Notes under the pieces: generated by a model
Seen by the model: the letters and a program-made list of their open reading frames with translations, nothing else
The model's database searches: none
What the model was told of the DNA's origin: nothing
Source of the DNA: an uncultured Methanobrevibacter sp.
Lineage (GTDB): Archaea; Methanobacteriota; Methanobacteria; Methanobacteriales; Methanobacteriaceae
Length of the DNA stretch: 64,000 bases
Direction: 5' to 3'
Assembly: GCA_902764015.1 (NCBI GenBank)
Contig: CACWUH010000001.1
Span: 9,883-73,882, forward strand
Position numbers and translations under genes: made by a program
Shown: positions 1-9,869 of the stretch, one piece after another
Numbering within the stretch: the first letter of the stretch is position 1
Layout of the letters: the number at the start of each line of letters is the position of its first letter

Positions 1-734
1 ATCAAATCGGCTAAATCCTCCCTGCCCTGGCTTCTATAGAATTCGGCCAGATTCTCAAAGATTTCAATGACTTCAAATCGCCTGAACTCGCTTGTATTGA
101 TGGCCGATTCTGAATGTTGGACATAGTAATAGGTAGCTTCATTGCTGATTGCAATCAAATCTCCGAACAATAGGGCTCTAAGCGCAAAATCGATGTCCTC
201 CCCATAAACCAGATTACGATTGAATCTGATGTCGTTGTCATTGACTATGCTTGCCCTGTACATCAGCTGCCAGAAGTTGAAGGGCATCTCCATGTTCAGC
301 TCCTTTCTTATTAGGTCGTCACATGTCATCATTTCGGCGGAAAAATGATGGGGCTCGGACAGTTTATCCCCATCCCTTTTGATGAATTGAACCATGCTGA
401 AATCTGTCTGGCCATTGTATAGTTCCGACAGGTGATTGCCCGTCACATAATCATCAGCATCGATGAATACCAAAAATTCGCCGTTTGCAGCATCAATTCC
501 ACGGTTTCTTGCGCCGCTTACGCCCGAATTTTCCTGGTGTATGACATTATAGGAAATTGTAGCGTTGGATAACTTTTGATTGATGATTTCAAGGCTTTTG
601 TCGGTTGACCCGTCATCGATGACAATCAGTTCGAAATTCCTGAAATCCTGATTAATTATCGAATCGAGTGTTGCACCTATATACTCTTCGCTGTTATAAA
701 CCGGGACAATAACACTAACATCAATTTTATCCAT
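1..734 (-). CDS. Glycosyltransferase family 2 (runs off window start)
   Basis: Reverse strand from ATG at 734 reads MDKIDVSVIVPVYNSEEYI...IDDGSTD...GVSGARNRG...FIDADD, typical GT2 motifs. Confidence 0.85.
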   Translation of the reverse strand, partial: MDKIDVSVIVPVYNSEEYIGATLDSIINQDFRNFELIVIDDGSTDKSLEIINQKLSNATISYNVIHQENSGVSGARNRGIDAANGEFLVFIDADDYVTGNHLSELYNGQTDFSMVQFIKRDGDKLSEPHHFSAEMMTCDDLIRKELNMEMPFNFWQLMYRASIVNDNDIRFNRNLVYGEDIDFALRALLFGDLIAISNEATYYYVQHSESAINTSEFRRFEVIEIFENLAEFYRSQGREDLADL

Positions 735-735
735 T

Positions 736-1824
736 CTACCCCTCATTATTTAAAAGATAATCAACAATTCGCTTGGATGATTGACCGTCTATTTCATCAA
801 ATTGGGTCTTTACAAATTCCGATATTTTGCTTTTTTCGAACTCGTCATTTTTGATTGCATCAATCAATTCCCTAGATGTGTAGACAATAGGTCCCGGAAC
901 GGTTGATTTGAAATCATAGTAGAATCCGCGTTCGTTTGCCAGATATTCATCCAAATCATATGTGAAAAACACGGTAGGCCTGTCTAAGACGGAATACTCA
1001 ATCATTATCGATGAGTAGTCGGTTATCATAATGTCGCTTATGAGCATCAGCTCCTGCTCGGATTCATGGCCGCTTACATCAATGTACTTTCCCTTTGAGG
1101 ATATGTCGTCCTTATAGAAGTTCCTTATCTTCGGATGAAGCCTCAAGGCCAGGACATATTCATCGCCCAACTCTTCGTTGAAATCATTCAAATCCAAGTA
1201 ATTGAAAACGTTGTTGTACTTTTCCTCATCCCTGAATGTCGGGGCATAAAGAATTATTTTTTTGTCATGTGATATTCCATACTTCCGGCAGAAATCCTTT
1301 TTTAATTTTGACAAATCATGGTCTTCGAAATAATAGTCCATCCTCGGAAGGCCCAATGCCCTGATTTTGCTTTCAGGCATCTGGAAGGCCTCGCTATAAT
1401 ATCCGATGATGTTTTTTGATGTGACAATGAGACAGTCCGTGTTTTCTGAAATCTTTCTTAATATCTCCCTGCTTTCGATGTCAACAGAGCCTCCGAACTT
1501 TTTTGAGGCTCCCGGAGCGTGCCATAGCTGCACGATAGTGTTTTCGCTCTTGAACTTCATGAAGGCAAGCGGGAAAAAGTTATCGTTTAAAAAGACATAT
1601 CTGGAGCTCGCCAACTTTTTGAATCCGGCAAGGGATAATTTGTCCTTGTAGAAAAAATTAAATTCAAAATCTCCCCTTCTTTCAAATTCCCTTTTGATAT
1701 AATCCAGATTTCCCTTAAAGGATTCGCGGGAATCTATTATAAAGGAGATTCTATTCTCTTCAACTCTTGTATGCTTGAACAGACCAAACATCAAGCCATA
1801 CAGTTTATGCTTTAGATAAGACAT
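736..1824 (-). CDS. CDP-glycerol:glycerophosphate transferase (TagB/TagF family)
   Basis: QLWH, GLPRMD, ILYAPTFRD, RLHP and ITDYSS motifs. Confidence 0.85.
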   Translation of the reverse strand: MSYLKHKLYGLMFGLFKHTRVEENRISFIIDSRESFKGNLDYIKREFERRGDFEFNFFYKDKLSLAGFKKLASSRYVFLNDNFFPLAFMKFKSENTIVQLWHAPGASKKFGGSVDIESREILRKISENTDCLIVTSKNIIGYYSEAFQMPESKIRALGLPRMDYYFEDHDLSKLKKDFCRKYGISHDKKIILYAPTFRDEEKYNNVFNYLDLNDFNEELGDEYVLALRLHPKIRNFYKDDISSKGKYIDVSGHESEQELMLISDIMITDYSSIMIEYSVLDRPTVFFTYDLDEYLANERGFYYDFKSTVPGPIVYTSRELIDAIKNDEFEKSKISEFVKTQFDEIDGQSSKRIVDYLLNNEG

Positions 1825-1830
1825 ATGAAT

Positions 1831-2112
1831 CTAATGGAAAAATGCCAACATTCCAGGAATTGCCCCGGCCATCGCCTGGACACCTAAAATGAATATTGCA
1901 AGTCCGCCAATGAAATTGATGACTCTTGCATATTTCATTGCAAATCTTGTAGCGAATGTACCAATCAAAAGCCAAAAGAAAACAGCTGTAAAACTTAAAA
2001 TGGCCAATCCTACGGGGTCAACATGAGCATCCACACCTTGAGCGGCCAAAATCAGGTTCTCAATGTTTCCAAAAACTAGCAGAGGCAAGAAATGTTTCAA
2101 TTCCGGATCCAT
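1831..2112 (-). CDS. Small 3-TM membrane protein, paralog of adjacent gene
   Basis: Hydrophobic 93 aa; shares FGNIENL and FIGGLAIFILG with 2114..2392. Confidence 0.75.
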   Translation of the reverse strand: MDPELKHFLPLLVFGNIENLILAAQGVDAHVDPVGLAILSFTAVFFWLLIGTFATRFAMKYARVINFIGGLAIFILGVQAMAGAIPGMLAFFH

Positions 2113-2113
2113 G

Positions 2114-2392
2114 CTATTCTCCCCTGATTGAGGTTATCATCGCCTGGGCTCCTAAAATAAAGATAGCCAGTCCGCCGATAAAATCAATAAAATCAACATA
2201 ATCAATTAGCAATTGTGTTCCGAAAGTTCCAATTGCCAGCCACATTCCAACACAGATGAAACTTGCAATGCCTAATTTTAATGGATTTACACCTGCCACA
2301 ACACCTTGTGAAGACAGCACCAAGTTTTCAATATTACCAAAAACAATCAATGCCACAAAAGGTAAATATTGCTCCAACATCCAAATCACCAT
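2114..2392 (-). CDS. Small 3-TM membrane protein, paralog of adjacent gene
   Basis: Hydrophobic ~90 aa with the same motifs as 1831..2112. Confidence 0.75.
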   Translation of the reverse strand: MVIWMLEQYLPFVALIVFGNIENLVLSSQGVVAGVNPLKLGIASFICVGMWLAIGTFGTQLLIDYVDFIDFIGGLAIFILGAQAMITSIRGE

Positions 2393-2593
2393 TTCCCCAA
2401 ATAATTCAACAGTATTATTATGACAAAATTAATATATAAAACTATCTTAAATCCGATGAATTTTTTAAATTATGGACTGAAAAACAATTAATGTAATCCC
2501 TTCAAATCATTGAAGTATATGAACAAAATTAAAAAATAATAATAAAAAAATGAATATTATAAAATTAAGACATATGTTTCAAGTGTAAAACCA

Positions 2594-3610
2594 CTATCTA
2601 TTGGCATACATTTTTTCATAATATTCCTGGTATTGGCCGCTTTTAACCTGATTTGTCCAATCCCGGTTGTCAAGATACCATTGGATTGTCTCTTCGATGC
2701 CGACTTCAAAGGTATATTCCGGACTCCACCCCAATTCTTTTTGGATTTTACTTGAATCGATTGCATAGCGCCTGTCATGGCCTAGACGGTCTGTAACAAA
2801 TTCAATCAATGATTCATCCTTGCCCAGAGTTTCAAGTATTAATTTAACAATATAGATGTTTTCCTTTTCGTTGTTGCCGCCGATGTTGTATACCTCGCCA
2901 ATCCTGCCCTCGTGGAGGACCAGATCTATTGCGGTGCAGTGGTCATGGACATGCAGCCAGTCACGGATGTTCTTGCCGTCGCCGTAAACCGGCAGGCTCT
3001 TGTCTTCAAGGGCGTTTGAAATCATCAATGGAATAAGCTTTTCGGGAAACTGGTATGGTCCGTAATTGTTTGAGCAGCGGGTGATGTTGATTGGCAAATC
3101 GAAAGTCTCTCCGTAGGCTCTTGTAATCAGATCGCCTCCTGCCTTGGAAGCTGAATATGGGCTATTTGGCTGCAACGGAGTGGTTTCTGTGAAATAACCT
3201 GTCTTTCCAAGGGTGCCGTAGACCTCATCGGTTGAAATCTGGATGTATTTCTCAACACCGTATTCCTTGGCCGCATTCAAAAGGACCTGTGTGCCGAGCA
3301 CGTTTGACTTTATGAATATTTCCGGGTCGGTTATGCTTCTGTCGACATGGCTTTCGGCCGCAAAGTTGATGACGTGATCGCATTTTTTAACCAAATCATC
3401 GACAATGTCTTTGTCTCTGATGTCTCCCTTGACAAAAGAGTAATTGTCCTTATTTTCAATATCTTTCAGGTTTTCGAGGTTTCCGCAATAGGTCAGAGCA
3501 TCGAGGTTTATTATATGGTAATCTGAATACTTGTTCACCATATGCCTTACAAAATTGCTTCCGATAAAGCCTGCTCCGCCGGTAACTAGAATGTTTGTCA
3601 TAATCATCAC
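2594..3610 (-). CDS. rfbB: dTDP-glucose 4,6-dehydratase
   Basis: GGAGFIGS, AAESHVDRSI, STDEVYG, YSASK motifs. Confidence 0.96.
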   Translation of the reverse strand: MMIMTNILVTGGAGFIGSNFVRHMVNKYSDYHIINLDALTYCGNLENLKDIENKDNYSFVKGDIRDKDIVDDLVKKCDHVINFAAESHVDRSITDPEIFIKSNVLGTQVLLNAAKEYGVEKYIQISTDEVYGTLGKTGYFTETTPLQPNSPYSASKAGGDLITRAYGETFDLPINITRCSNNYGPYQFPEKLIPLMISNALEDKSLPVYGDGKNIRDWLHVHDHCTAIDLVLHEGRIGEVYNIGGNNEKENIYIVKLILETLGKDESLIEFVTDRLGHDRRYAIDSSKIQKELGWSPEYTFEVGIEETIQWYLDNRDWTNQVKSGQYQEYYEKMYANR

Positions 3611-4177
3611 TCAGTATTTGATTTGGGATTCCTTAAAGCTTTTCCATTCCTTGTCCTTGTCGGACAGTATTATCTCATCGATTCCGTCAAGCGGCCAGTC
3701 GATGGCAATGTCCTCATCGTCCCACTTTATTCCGCTTTCATCCTCGCCGTGGTAGAATTCCGTGCACTTGTAGAGAAATTCCGCTTCGTCGGACAACACT
3801 AAAAACCCATGGGCGAACTTTGGAGGGATGTACAGCTGCTTCTTGTTGTCCTCGGACAGTATCTCTCCGTACCATTTACCGTAGGTCGGGGAATCTCCCC
3901 TTAAATCCACACCGACATCAAAGACCTCGCCCTTAATGACGCGGACCAGCTTGCCCTGAGGATAATTGACCTGAAGATGCAGACCCCTGAGCACTCCCTT
4001 TGAGGACTTTGACTGATTGTCCTGAACGAAGGTCAAGTCATGGCCGGCCTGCCTAAAGTCGTTTTCCTGGAAGGTTTCCATAAAGTATCCCCTGTTGTCT
4101 TCAAAGACCGTTGGCTCGACCACAAACATGTCCTTGATTCCGGTTTCAGTAAATTTGAATTTTCCCATAATAATCAT
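3611..4177 (-). CDS. rfbC: dTDP-4-dehydrorhamnose 3,5-epimerase
   Basis: DNRGYF, GVLRGLH, AHGF motifs. Confidence 0.96.
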   Translation of the reverse strand: MIIMGKFKFTETGIKDMFVVEPTVFEDNRGYFMETFQENDFRQAGHDLTFVQDNQSKSSKGVLRGLHLQVNYPQGKLVRVIKGEVFDVGVDLRGDSPTYGKWYGEILSEDNKKQLYIPPKFAHGFLVLSDEAEFLYKCTEFYHGEDESGIKWDDEDIAIDWPLDGIDEIILSDKDKEWKSFKESQIKY

Positions 4178-5049
4178 CTTTTCGCTAAATTGAATAGGTA
4201 TTCGCCGTAATCGGTTTTCCTAAGCTCCTCGGCGGTTTTTAATAATTGCTTTTCATCGATGTATCCCTTGAGGTAGGCAATCTCTTCAAGGCATGCGATG
4301 TATAGGCTTTGCCTTTTCTGGACCGTTTCAATGAAGTTTGCGGCTTCAAGAAGCCCTTCGTGGGTTCCCGTGTCAAGCCAGGCCATCCCTCTTCCCAGAA
4401 GCTCCACCTTTAATTTTCCGCGCTTCAGGTATTCCTCATTGACAGAGGTGATTTCGACCTCGCCCCTGTCGGATGGCTTTACGCTTTTGGCAATCTCGAT
4501 AACGTCATTGTCATAGAAATACAGTCCAGGCACGATATAGTTTGATTTCGGCTTTTCAGGCTTTTCCTCAATTGACAGCACATTCCATTCGTCATCAAAT
4601 TCAACGACACCAAAGGCTTCAGGCTTGTTTGTGTAATATCCAAATATCACTGCGCCTTCCTCAATTTCGGTTGCCCTTTCAAGAATTTCGGTGAACCTGT
4701 GCCCGTGGAAGATGTTGTCTCCCAAAATGAGGGCTACGTTGTCATCGCCTATGAACTCCTCGCCTATGATGAATGCTTCGGCAAGGCCGTTCGGGTTTTC
4801 CTGGACGGCATATTCGAACTTGATTCCTAGGCTGGAACCGTCTCCCAAAAGATCCCTATACATAGGAAGGTCCCTTGGAGTTGATATAATCAGTATTTCC
4901 TTGATTCCCGCAAGCATGAGAACGGAAATCGGATAATAAATCATTGGCTTGTCATAAAGCGGCAGCAACTGCTTTGAAACCGCCTTGGTAATGGGGTAAA
5001 GACGGGTCCCGGAACCGCCTGCAAGTACTATACCTTTCATGTTAATCAC
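4174..5049 (-). CDS. rfbA: Glucose-1-phosphate thymidylyltransferase
   Basis: [30 protein letters not shown] motifs. Confidence 0.97.
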   Translation of the reverse strand: MINMKGIVLAGGSGTRLYPITKAVSKQLLPLYDKPMIYYPISVLMLAGIKEILIISTPRDLPMYRDLLGDGSSLGIKFEYAVQENPNGLAEAFIIGEEFIGDDNVALILGDNIFHGHRFTEILERATEIEEGAVIFGYYTNKPEAFGVVEFDDEWNVLSIEEKPEKPKSNYIVPGLYFYDNDVIEIAKSVKPSDRGEVEITSVNEEYLKRGKLKVELLGRGMAWLDTGTHEGLLEAANFIETVQKRQSLYIACLEEIAYLKGYIDEKQLLKTAEELRKTDYGEYLFNLAKR

Positions 5050-5291
5050 TTAATCATAGTATATTAAAAACCATTAATTAAATTTTCTTTCAAATTGACC
5101 GTGTTGATCTTGTTATCGTCCTTCTATTTTGCCAAAAAGAAGGAATGACAACCCTGCTTGAAGCAACATTGCAAATTCAATATTGCTTTAAAATCGTTAT
5201 TTTACGAATTGACTGCAATATTGCAGTTGAAAATGAGTAAAACATATATAATTGCCGGTTTAAATTAATATTAAAAAATTTTAGTGATTAA

Positions 5292-6391
5292 ATGACTATT
5301 CAAACAGTGATTAATAACAAAAACAGCATGATTCTATGCACCGACATCAGACAGACAATCGACGATTACAAATCCTACATAGGAGTTAAGAAGATTTTTG
5401 AGATAAAAGAAAATACCCCTATGGAATCATGATTAATGGACTGATGGAATTTGAGGGAGTGCCGCTTGAAACGCTGATTGGTGAATTCAAACAAAATTTA
5501 AATGAATTTGATGACATCAAAAAAATCAAAAAAGAATTGATAACATTTTTGAGTGAAAGCACACCCCATACATCAACAGACGATTATCTGACCGAAGTTC
5601 TTGAACCGTTCAAAATCCGATTGAACGAATCAATCGAAGAGGACGGATTCAAATACGCAATTGACAACAAAAGCTTTACATTAATTCCTACTTTTGTAAA
5701 AGAGTACTCCAACTTTGACAGTGAATTCCATGACCTCATTCCTGAAGGCTATGATGAAGAGGAGTACAATTTAAAAATCTGGAGGATATTTTCACATGAA
5801 TTGAACTTTGAGGGCTCTCAAATAATCCTTGCAGGATACAACAAAAAACACCATTACGGATCGCTATTTGTCTTTAACATTTACTACAACAATTATGGTG
5901 AAATCATCTTAAAAGAAACGGAATCAATAGAAAACTGTGATGAACCCTACATTAGAGTATATGCTATGAATGAAGAGGCATATGCTTTCATAACAGGTGT
6001 CAGTAGCGATTTTGAAGAGTATATCAAAAGCCATATAAGAGACACTGATGAAGAGATTTTGATGAATATGGAATGGTATCTGAAAGACAATGATTTTGAG
6101 AATTACAAAGATATTCTGGAAGTATTAAAAAAAGAATTAAATAACAAATTCTTTGATTTAATCCAAACAATAGATACTTTCAAAATAGACATGCTTGAAG
6201 ATACATCATATAGTTGTGAATATGTTCCCAGACAGTTGCTTTGTGATTTTGCGGACTCATTAATAAAATTAACCGCATTAAAGCAAAAATTGTCACTAGA
6301 TTTAGAAACTGTAAGTAGTGAATCAGACATGGCATTAATCACAAAAACAGGAAACTTCAAATGGATAAAGTACAATGAGGAAATAGTTTAA
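5292..6391 (+). pseudogene. Frameshifted hypothetical protein with Ntn-hydrolase/proteasome-beta-like N-terminus
   Basis: ATG 5292 gives MTIQTVINNKNSMILCTD...GVKKIFEI...TPMES*; another frame continues PYGIMING... into ORF 5429..6391, so a 1-nt shift lies between ~5402 and 5420. Confidence 0.6.
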
Positions 6392-6429
6392 ATACCATTA
6401 AAGACAATTAAGAAGTAAAGGTCGATAAT

Positions 6430-6594
6430 ATGTTATTCATACCAGAAAAAAGAGTAAAAGCAACACTGAAAAGACTTCGTGAAGAAGGAAAAGAACGCAG
6501 AAGAAAACAAACATTAAAACAAAGAGAAGAATATTTAAAAGCAAAAAAAGAAGGAAGATTAGAGGAATATTTTGAAAACTTAAATAAGGATTGA
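6430..6594 (+). CDS. 54-aa highly charged helical small protein
   Basis: MLFIPEKRVKATLKRLREEGKERRRKQTLKQREEYLKAKKEGRLEEYFENLNKD; AAGGT upstream; amino-acid conservation with the second copy. Confidence 0.6.
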   Translation: MLFIPEKRVKATLKRLREEGKERRRKQTLKQREEYLKAKKEGRLEEYFENLNKD

Positions 6595-6773
6595 GAGCAT
6601 TAATTTCACATAAAATTAACTGCATTAAGCAAAAAATGTCTAGATTTAGAAACTGTGAGCAGTGAATCAGACATGGCATTAATCACAAAAACAGGAAACT
6701 TCAAATGGATAAAGTACAATGAGGAAATAGTTCAAATACAATTAAAGACCATTTGAAAGTAAAGGTCGAAAAT

Positions 6774-6949
6774 ATGTTATTCATACCAGAAAAAAAGTAA
6801 AAGAAATGAAAAAAAGACTTCTTGAAGAAGGAAAAGAACGCAGAAGAAAACAAACACTCGAACGAAGAGAAGCATACCTAAAAGCAAAAAAAGAAGGAAA
6901 ATTAGATGAACATTGGGAAAACTTAAGAAAGAAAAGAGAAGGATATTGA
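6774..6949 (+). pseudogene. Second copy of the charged small protein, frameshifted in an A7 tract (or restarting at ATG 6806)
   Basis: MLFIPEKK* followed by MKKRLLEEGKERRRKQTLERREAYLKAKKEGKLDEHWENLRKKREGY in another frame. Confidence 0.55.
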
Positions 6950-7041
6950 ATTTAAAAAATCTTCAAATCTTTTCTTAAAAATTTTCTATAATTCACCAAC
7001 TAATCAATCATCAAAAAATCTTTACCGAACTTTAAAGAATG

Positions 7042-7269
7042 CTAAATGATTTTAAAAGTCAAAAACTGATTTTCATCGGCCGCATCAACAAAAGTGTCAA
7101 TGATATCCCCGTCAACATCATCTGCATTGACCAATTCAATGTCGCATTCAATCTCGGTCAAACAATCATACAGCGCATCGAGATTCCTTCCATAGTAATC
7201 CGGCAGATTCAATGCCCTCATCAGGTAGTCATGGCCTTCTTCTTTAATTAATTTCCCGTCAAGCTGCAT
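7042..7269 (-). CDS. Barstar-family ribonuclease inhibitor
   Basis: LNLPDYYGRNLDALYDCLT barstar signature; directly downstream of the barnase-like gene. Confidence 0.9.
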   Translation of the reverse strand: MQLDGKLIKEEGHDYLMRALNLPDYYGRNLDALYDCLTEIECDIELVNADDVDGDIIDTFVDAADENQFLTFKII

Positions 7270-7270
7270 C

Positions 7271-7723
7271 CTAAACCTCCCTGAATGTCTTGTAGTGGTC
7301 ATCGGTATAGTAGACCTTATAGTCGCCAGTATTGTAAACTATCCTTTCTGCACCGCGCTGTGTACCGTTTGCATTGATGTCGCATTCTATGTATTTGGAA
7401 TCGCTGTCGGGAAGCACATGCTGCCTGTTGGTAAATTTATCCCCACCGATGCTTTTTCCGGGAGCATATTTCTTAAGGGGTCCCCCATGCCATCCAAGGC
7501 TCTGGGCTTCCTTTTTTGTTATATAGTTTTCTGGAAGCTTGTGGAATTCCTTGATGTATGCTGCAACCTCATCGACTGTGCAGTACTCGCCGTCCTCAAC
7601 CACATTGACATCACCCGCCTTGTCATCACCGAAGTTCAGAAAGTCCAGAAATCCTGCGCTTACGGCGGAAATGCTTGCAAAAGCGATAATCAATGCAATA
7701 ACTAAAACTAACTTCCTGTTCAT
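7271..7723 (-). CDS. Secreted barnase-like ribonuclease
   Basis: Signal peptide; KLPENYITKKEAQSLGW, SIGGDKF, ECDIN, RGAERIVY, TDDHYKTF. Confidence 0.92.
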   Translation of the reverse strand: MNRKLVLVIALIIAFASISAVSAGFLDFLNFGDDKAGDVNVVEDGEYCTVDEVAAYIKEFHKLPENYITKKEAQSLGWHGGPLKKYAPGKSIGGDKFTNRQHVLPDSDSKYIECDINANGTQRGAERIVYNTGDYKVYYTDDHYKTFREV

Positions 7724-8556
7724 TTTATCAACTCTATATACTCCTTAATTGCCTCTTTATAATCCCTAAGTGGTTCAAATCCATTTTCAACCCAATTCCT
7801 GTTATCAAGAACAGAATAGCTTGGTCTTGGAGCCGGCCTTGCAAACTCCGATGCCGTGACCGGAATCACATTTACGTCCTTTCCGGCAACCTCAAAGATG
7901 TATCTTGCAAACTCGCACCAGGAACAGCTTCCAGAATTCGTCAGATGATATATTCCGTAACGGTCTGTTTCAATCAGTTCAGAAATCCCATAGGCAAGAT
8001 CCGGTGTGTATGTAGGCGTTCCCACCTCATCATAAACGACAGTGATTTCGGAATGGCTTTCGGCCAGCTCAAGCATTGTCTTCGGGAAGTTTTTTCCATT
8101 AAGACCGTAAAGCCATGCAGTCCTTATAATGAAATACTTGTCCAAGATTTCCTGTATTGCCTCTTCGCCTTGAAGCTTGCTTTTTCCGTAAATGCTGATC
8201 GGACCTATTTCGCCATCTTCCGCAATCGGTTCGGTTGCACTTCCGTCAAAGACATAATCCGTGCTTATGTGGACAAACGGACAATCTATTTCACGGCAGG
8301 CCATAGCCAAGTTCCTGACGCCCTCGCCGTTGACGGCATATGCAAGGTCATGGTTTTCCTCACAGCCGTCCACATCGGTGTAGGCGGCGGAGTTGATGAC
8401 AATGTCCGGTTCCGCATCACAGATGAACTCGATTGTATGGTCCTTATCGGTAATGTCCAATGTCTTTGAGGTTGTCAAAATAAGCTCATGGCCTTCAAGA
8501 GCATTGGCCAGGTCATGTCCCAACATTCCATTGGAGCCTGTAATTAGAATTTTCAT
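7720..8556 (-). CDS. rfbD: dTDP-4-dehydrorhamnose reductase
   Basis: GSNGMLG, AAYTDVD, STDYVFDG, YGKSK, APRP motifs. Confidence 0.95.
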   Translation of the reverse strand: MKILITGSNGMLGHDLANALEGHELILTTSKTLDITDKDHTIEFICDAEPDIVINSAAYTDVDGCEENHDLAYAVNGEGVRNLAMACREIDCPFVHISTDYVFDGSATEPIAEDGEIGPISIYGKSKLQGEEAIQEILDKYFIIRTAWLYGLNGKNFPKTMLELAESHSEITVVYDEVGTPTYTPDLAYGISELIETDRYGIYHLTNSGSCSWCEFARYIFEVAGKDVNVIPVTASEFARPAPRPSYSVLDNRNWVENGFEPLRDYKEAIKEYIELIK

Positions 8557-8630
8557 GATATCACTTAAAACTTTTATATTATGTTTTTATATATGTTTGA
8601 ATTAATATTAATTTAATGGGAGTTGGAATT

Positions 8631-9869
8631 ATGAAAGTATGCATTATTGGTCAAGGTTATATCGGGCTTCCGACAGCAGCACTTTTCGCCCGAAACCACT
8701 GTGAAGTCGTTGGGGTCGATATATCAGAGGAAATGATAAAAAACTTGAATAACGGCATTATCCATATCGAAGAGCCGGGAATATCCGACATCATCAAAAG
8801 GGCAGTTGAGCTGAAAGTGTACAAGGCCAGCCTGACTCCCGAAAAGGCCGACGCTTTCATAATTACCGTGCCGACACCATACATTGTTGAAAACTACAGC
8901 TGCGACTTGAGCTATGTCACAACCGCATGCGAATCCATCCTGCCATACCTTGAGAAGGGAAACACGGTCATCATCGAGTCCACAATAGCTCCGATGTCAA
9001 CGGACGAGACTATAAAGCCTATCTTTGAAAGGGCAGGATTTACAATAGGAAAAGACCTGTACCTGGCACACTGCCCTGAAAGGGTGCTTCCGGGAAGAAT
9101 CATTGATGAGCTGATACACAATGACCGCATAATCGGCGGAGTCACACCTGAGTGCGCCAAAAAGGCCAGCGAAGTCTATGGCCAGTTCGTTGAAGGCGAC
9201 CTGATGCTTACCGAGGCAAAGACCGCAGAACTTTCAAAGTGTATGGAAAACACCTTCAGGGACGTCAATATCGCCCTTGCAAACGAGCTTGCAAAAATCT
9301 GTGCCGAAATCGGCGTCAATGCGCTTGACGTGATTGAGATGGCAAACAAGCATCCAAGGGTAAACCTGCACTCCCCTGGACCCGGGGTAGGCGGACACTG
9401 CCTTGCAATAGACCCTTACTTCATCTATGCAAAGGCGCCAGAGCAGGCAAAGATCATCAAACTGGCACGCGACACCAACAACTCCATGCCCGATTTTGTC
9501 GTTGAAAACATCAAAAAAATCATTCCAAAAGGAAAAATCGCAATACTCGGCGTTTCCTACAAGGGCAATACCGGAGACGACAGAGAAAGCCCCGCCTATG
9601 AGATAATTGCTAAATTAAGTACAAACTATGAAATAGCCATCCATGACCCTCACATTGCTAATCCTGATTTTGTAAACCTGGATGAGGCGACAAAGGATGC
9701 TAATCTGATTTTGGTATTGTGCGACCATAATGAATTCAAAAATATGGATTATAATCTGATTTGTGAAAATATGGTTGACCCAATAATATTTGATACAAAA
9801 AATATAATAAAGGAAGTTCCAGACGAAATTAAGCTATATAATTACGGGAACTTGCATGAATTGAATTAA
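8631..9869 (+). CDS. wecC: Nucleotide-sugar dehydrogenase (UDP-ManNAc dehydrogenase-like)
   Basis: GQGYIGLPTA, CPERVLPG, ENTFRDVNIA, GVGGHCL, DDRESP motifs. Confidence 0.85.
   Translation: MKVCIIGQGYIGLPTAALFARNHCEVVGVDISEEMIKNLNNGIIHIEEPGISDIIKRAVELKVYKASLTPEKADAFIITVPTPYIVENYSCDLSYVTTACESILPYLEKGNTVIIESTIAPMSTDETIKPIFERAGFTIGKDLYLAHCPERVLPGRIIDELIHNDRIIGGVTPECAKKASEVYGQFVEGDLMLTEAKTAELSKCMENTFRDVNIALANELAKICAEIGVNALDVIEMANKHPRVNLHSPGPGVGGHCLAIDPYFIYAKAPEQAKIIKLARDTNNSMPDFVVENIKKIIPKGKIAILGVSYKGNTGDDRESPAYEIIAKLSTNYEIAIHDPHIANPDFVNLDEATKDANLILVLCDHNEFKNMDYNLICENMVDPIIFDTKNIIKEVPDEIKLYNYGNLHELN

Larger units (their letters stand above)
6262..6949 (+). repeat. Imperfect tandem duplication of ~345 bp (3' end of the Ntn-like gene plus a small ORF)
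   Basis: GTGAATCAGACATGGCATTAATCACAAAAACAGGAAACTTCAAATGGATAAAGTACAATGAGGAAATAGTT occurs at ~6318 and ~6662; downstream sequence is also duplicated. Confidence 0.92.

Noticed and set aside
5212-5227. Palindrome ACTGCAATATTGCAGT (core GCAATATTGC also at 28671)
   Set aside because: Short, AT-centred and upstream of unrelated genes; cannot be distinguished from chance
6437-6679. 80-aa hydrophobic minus-strand ORF
   Set aside because: Antisense artefact of the A-rich plus-strand microprotein, and it spans the duplication junction
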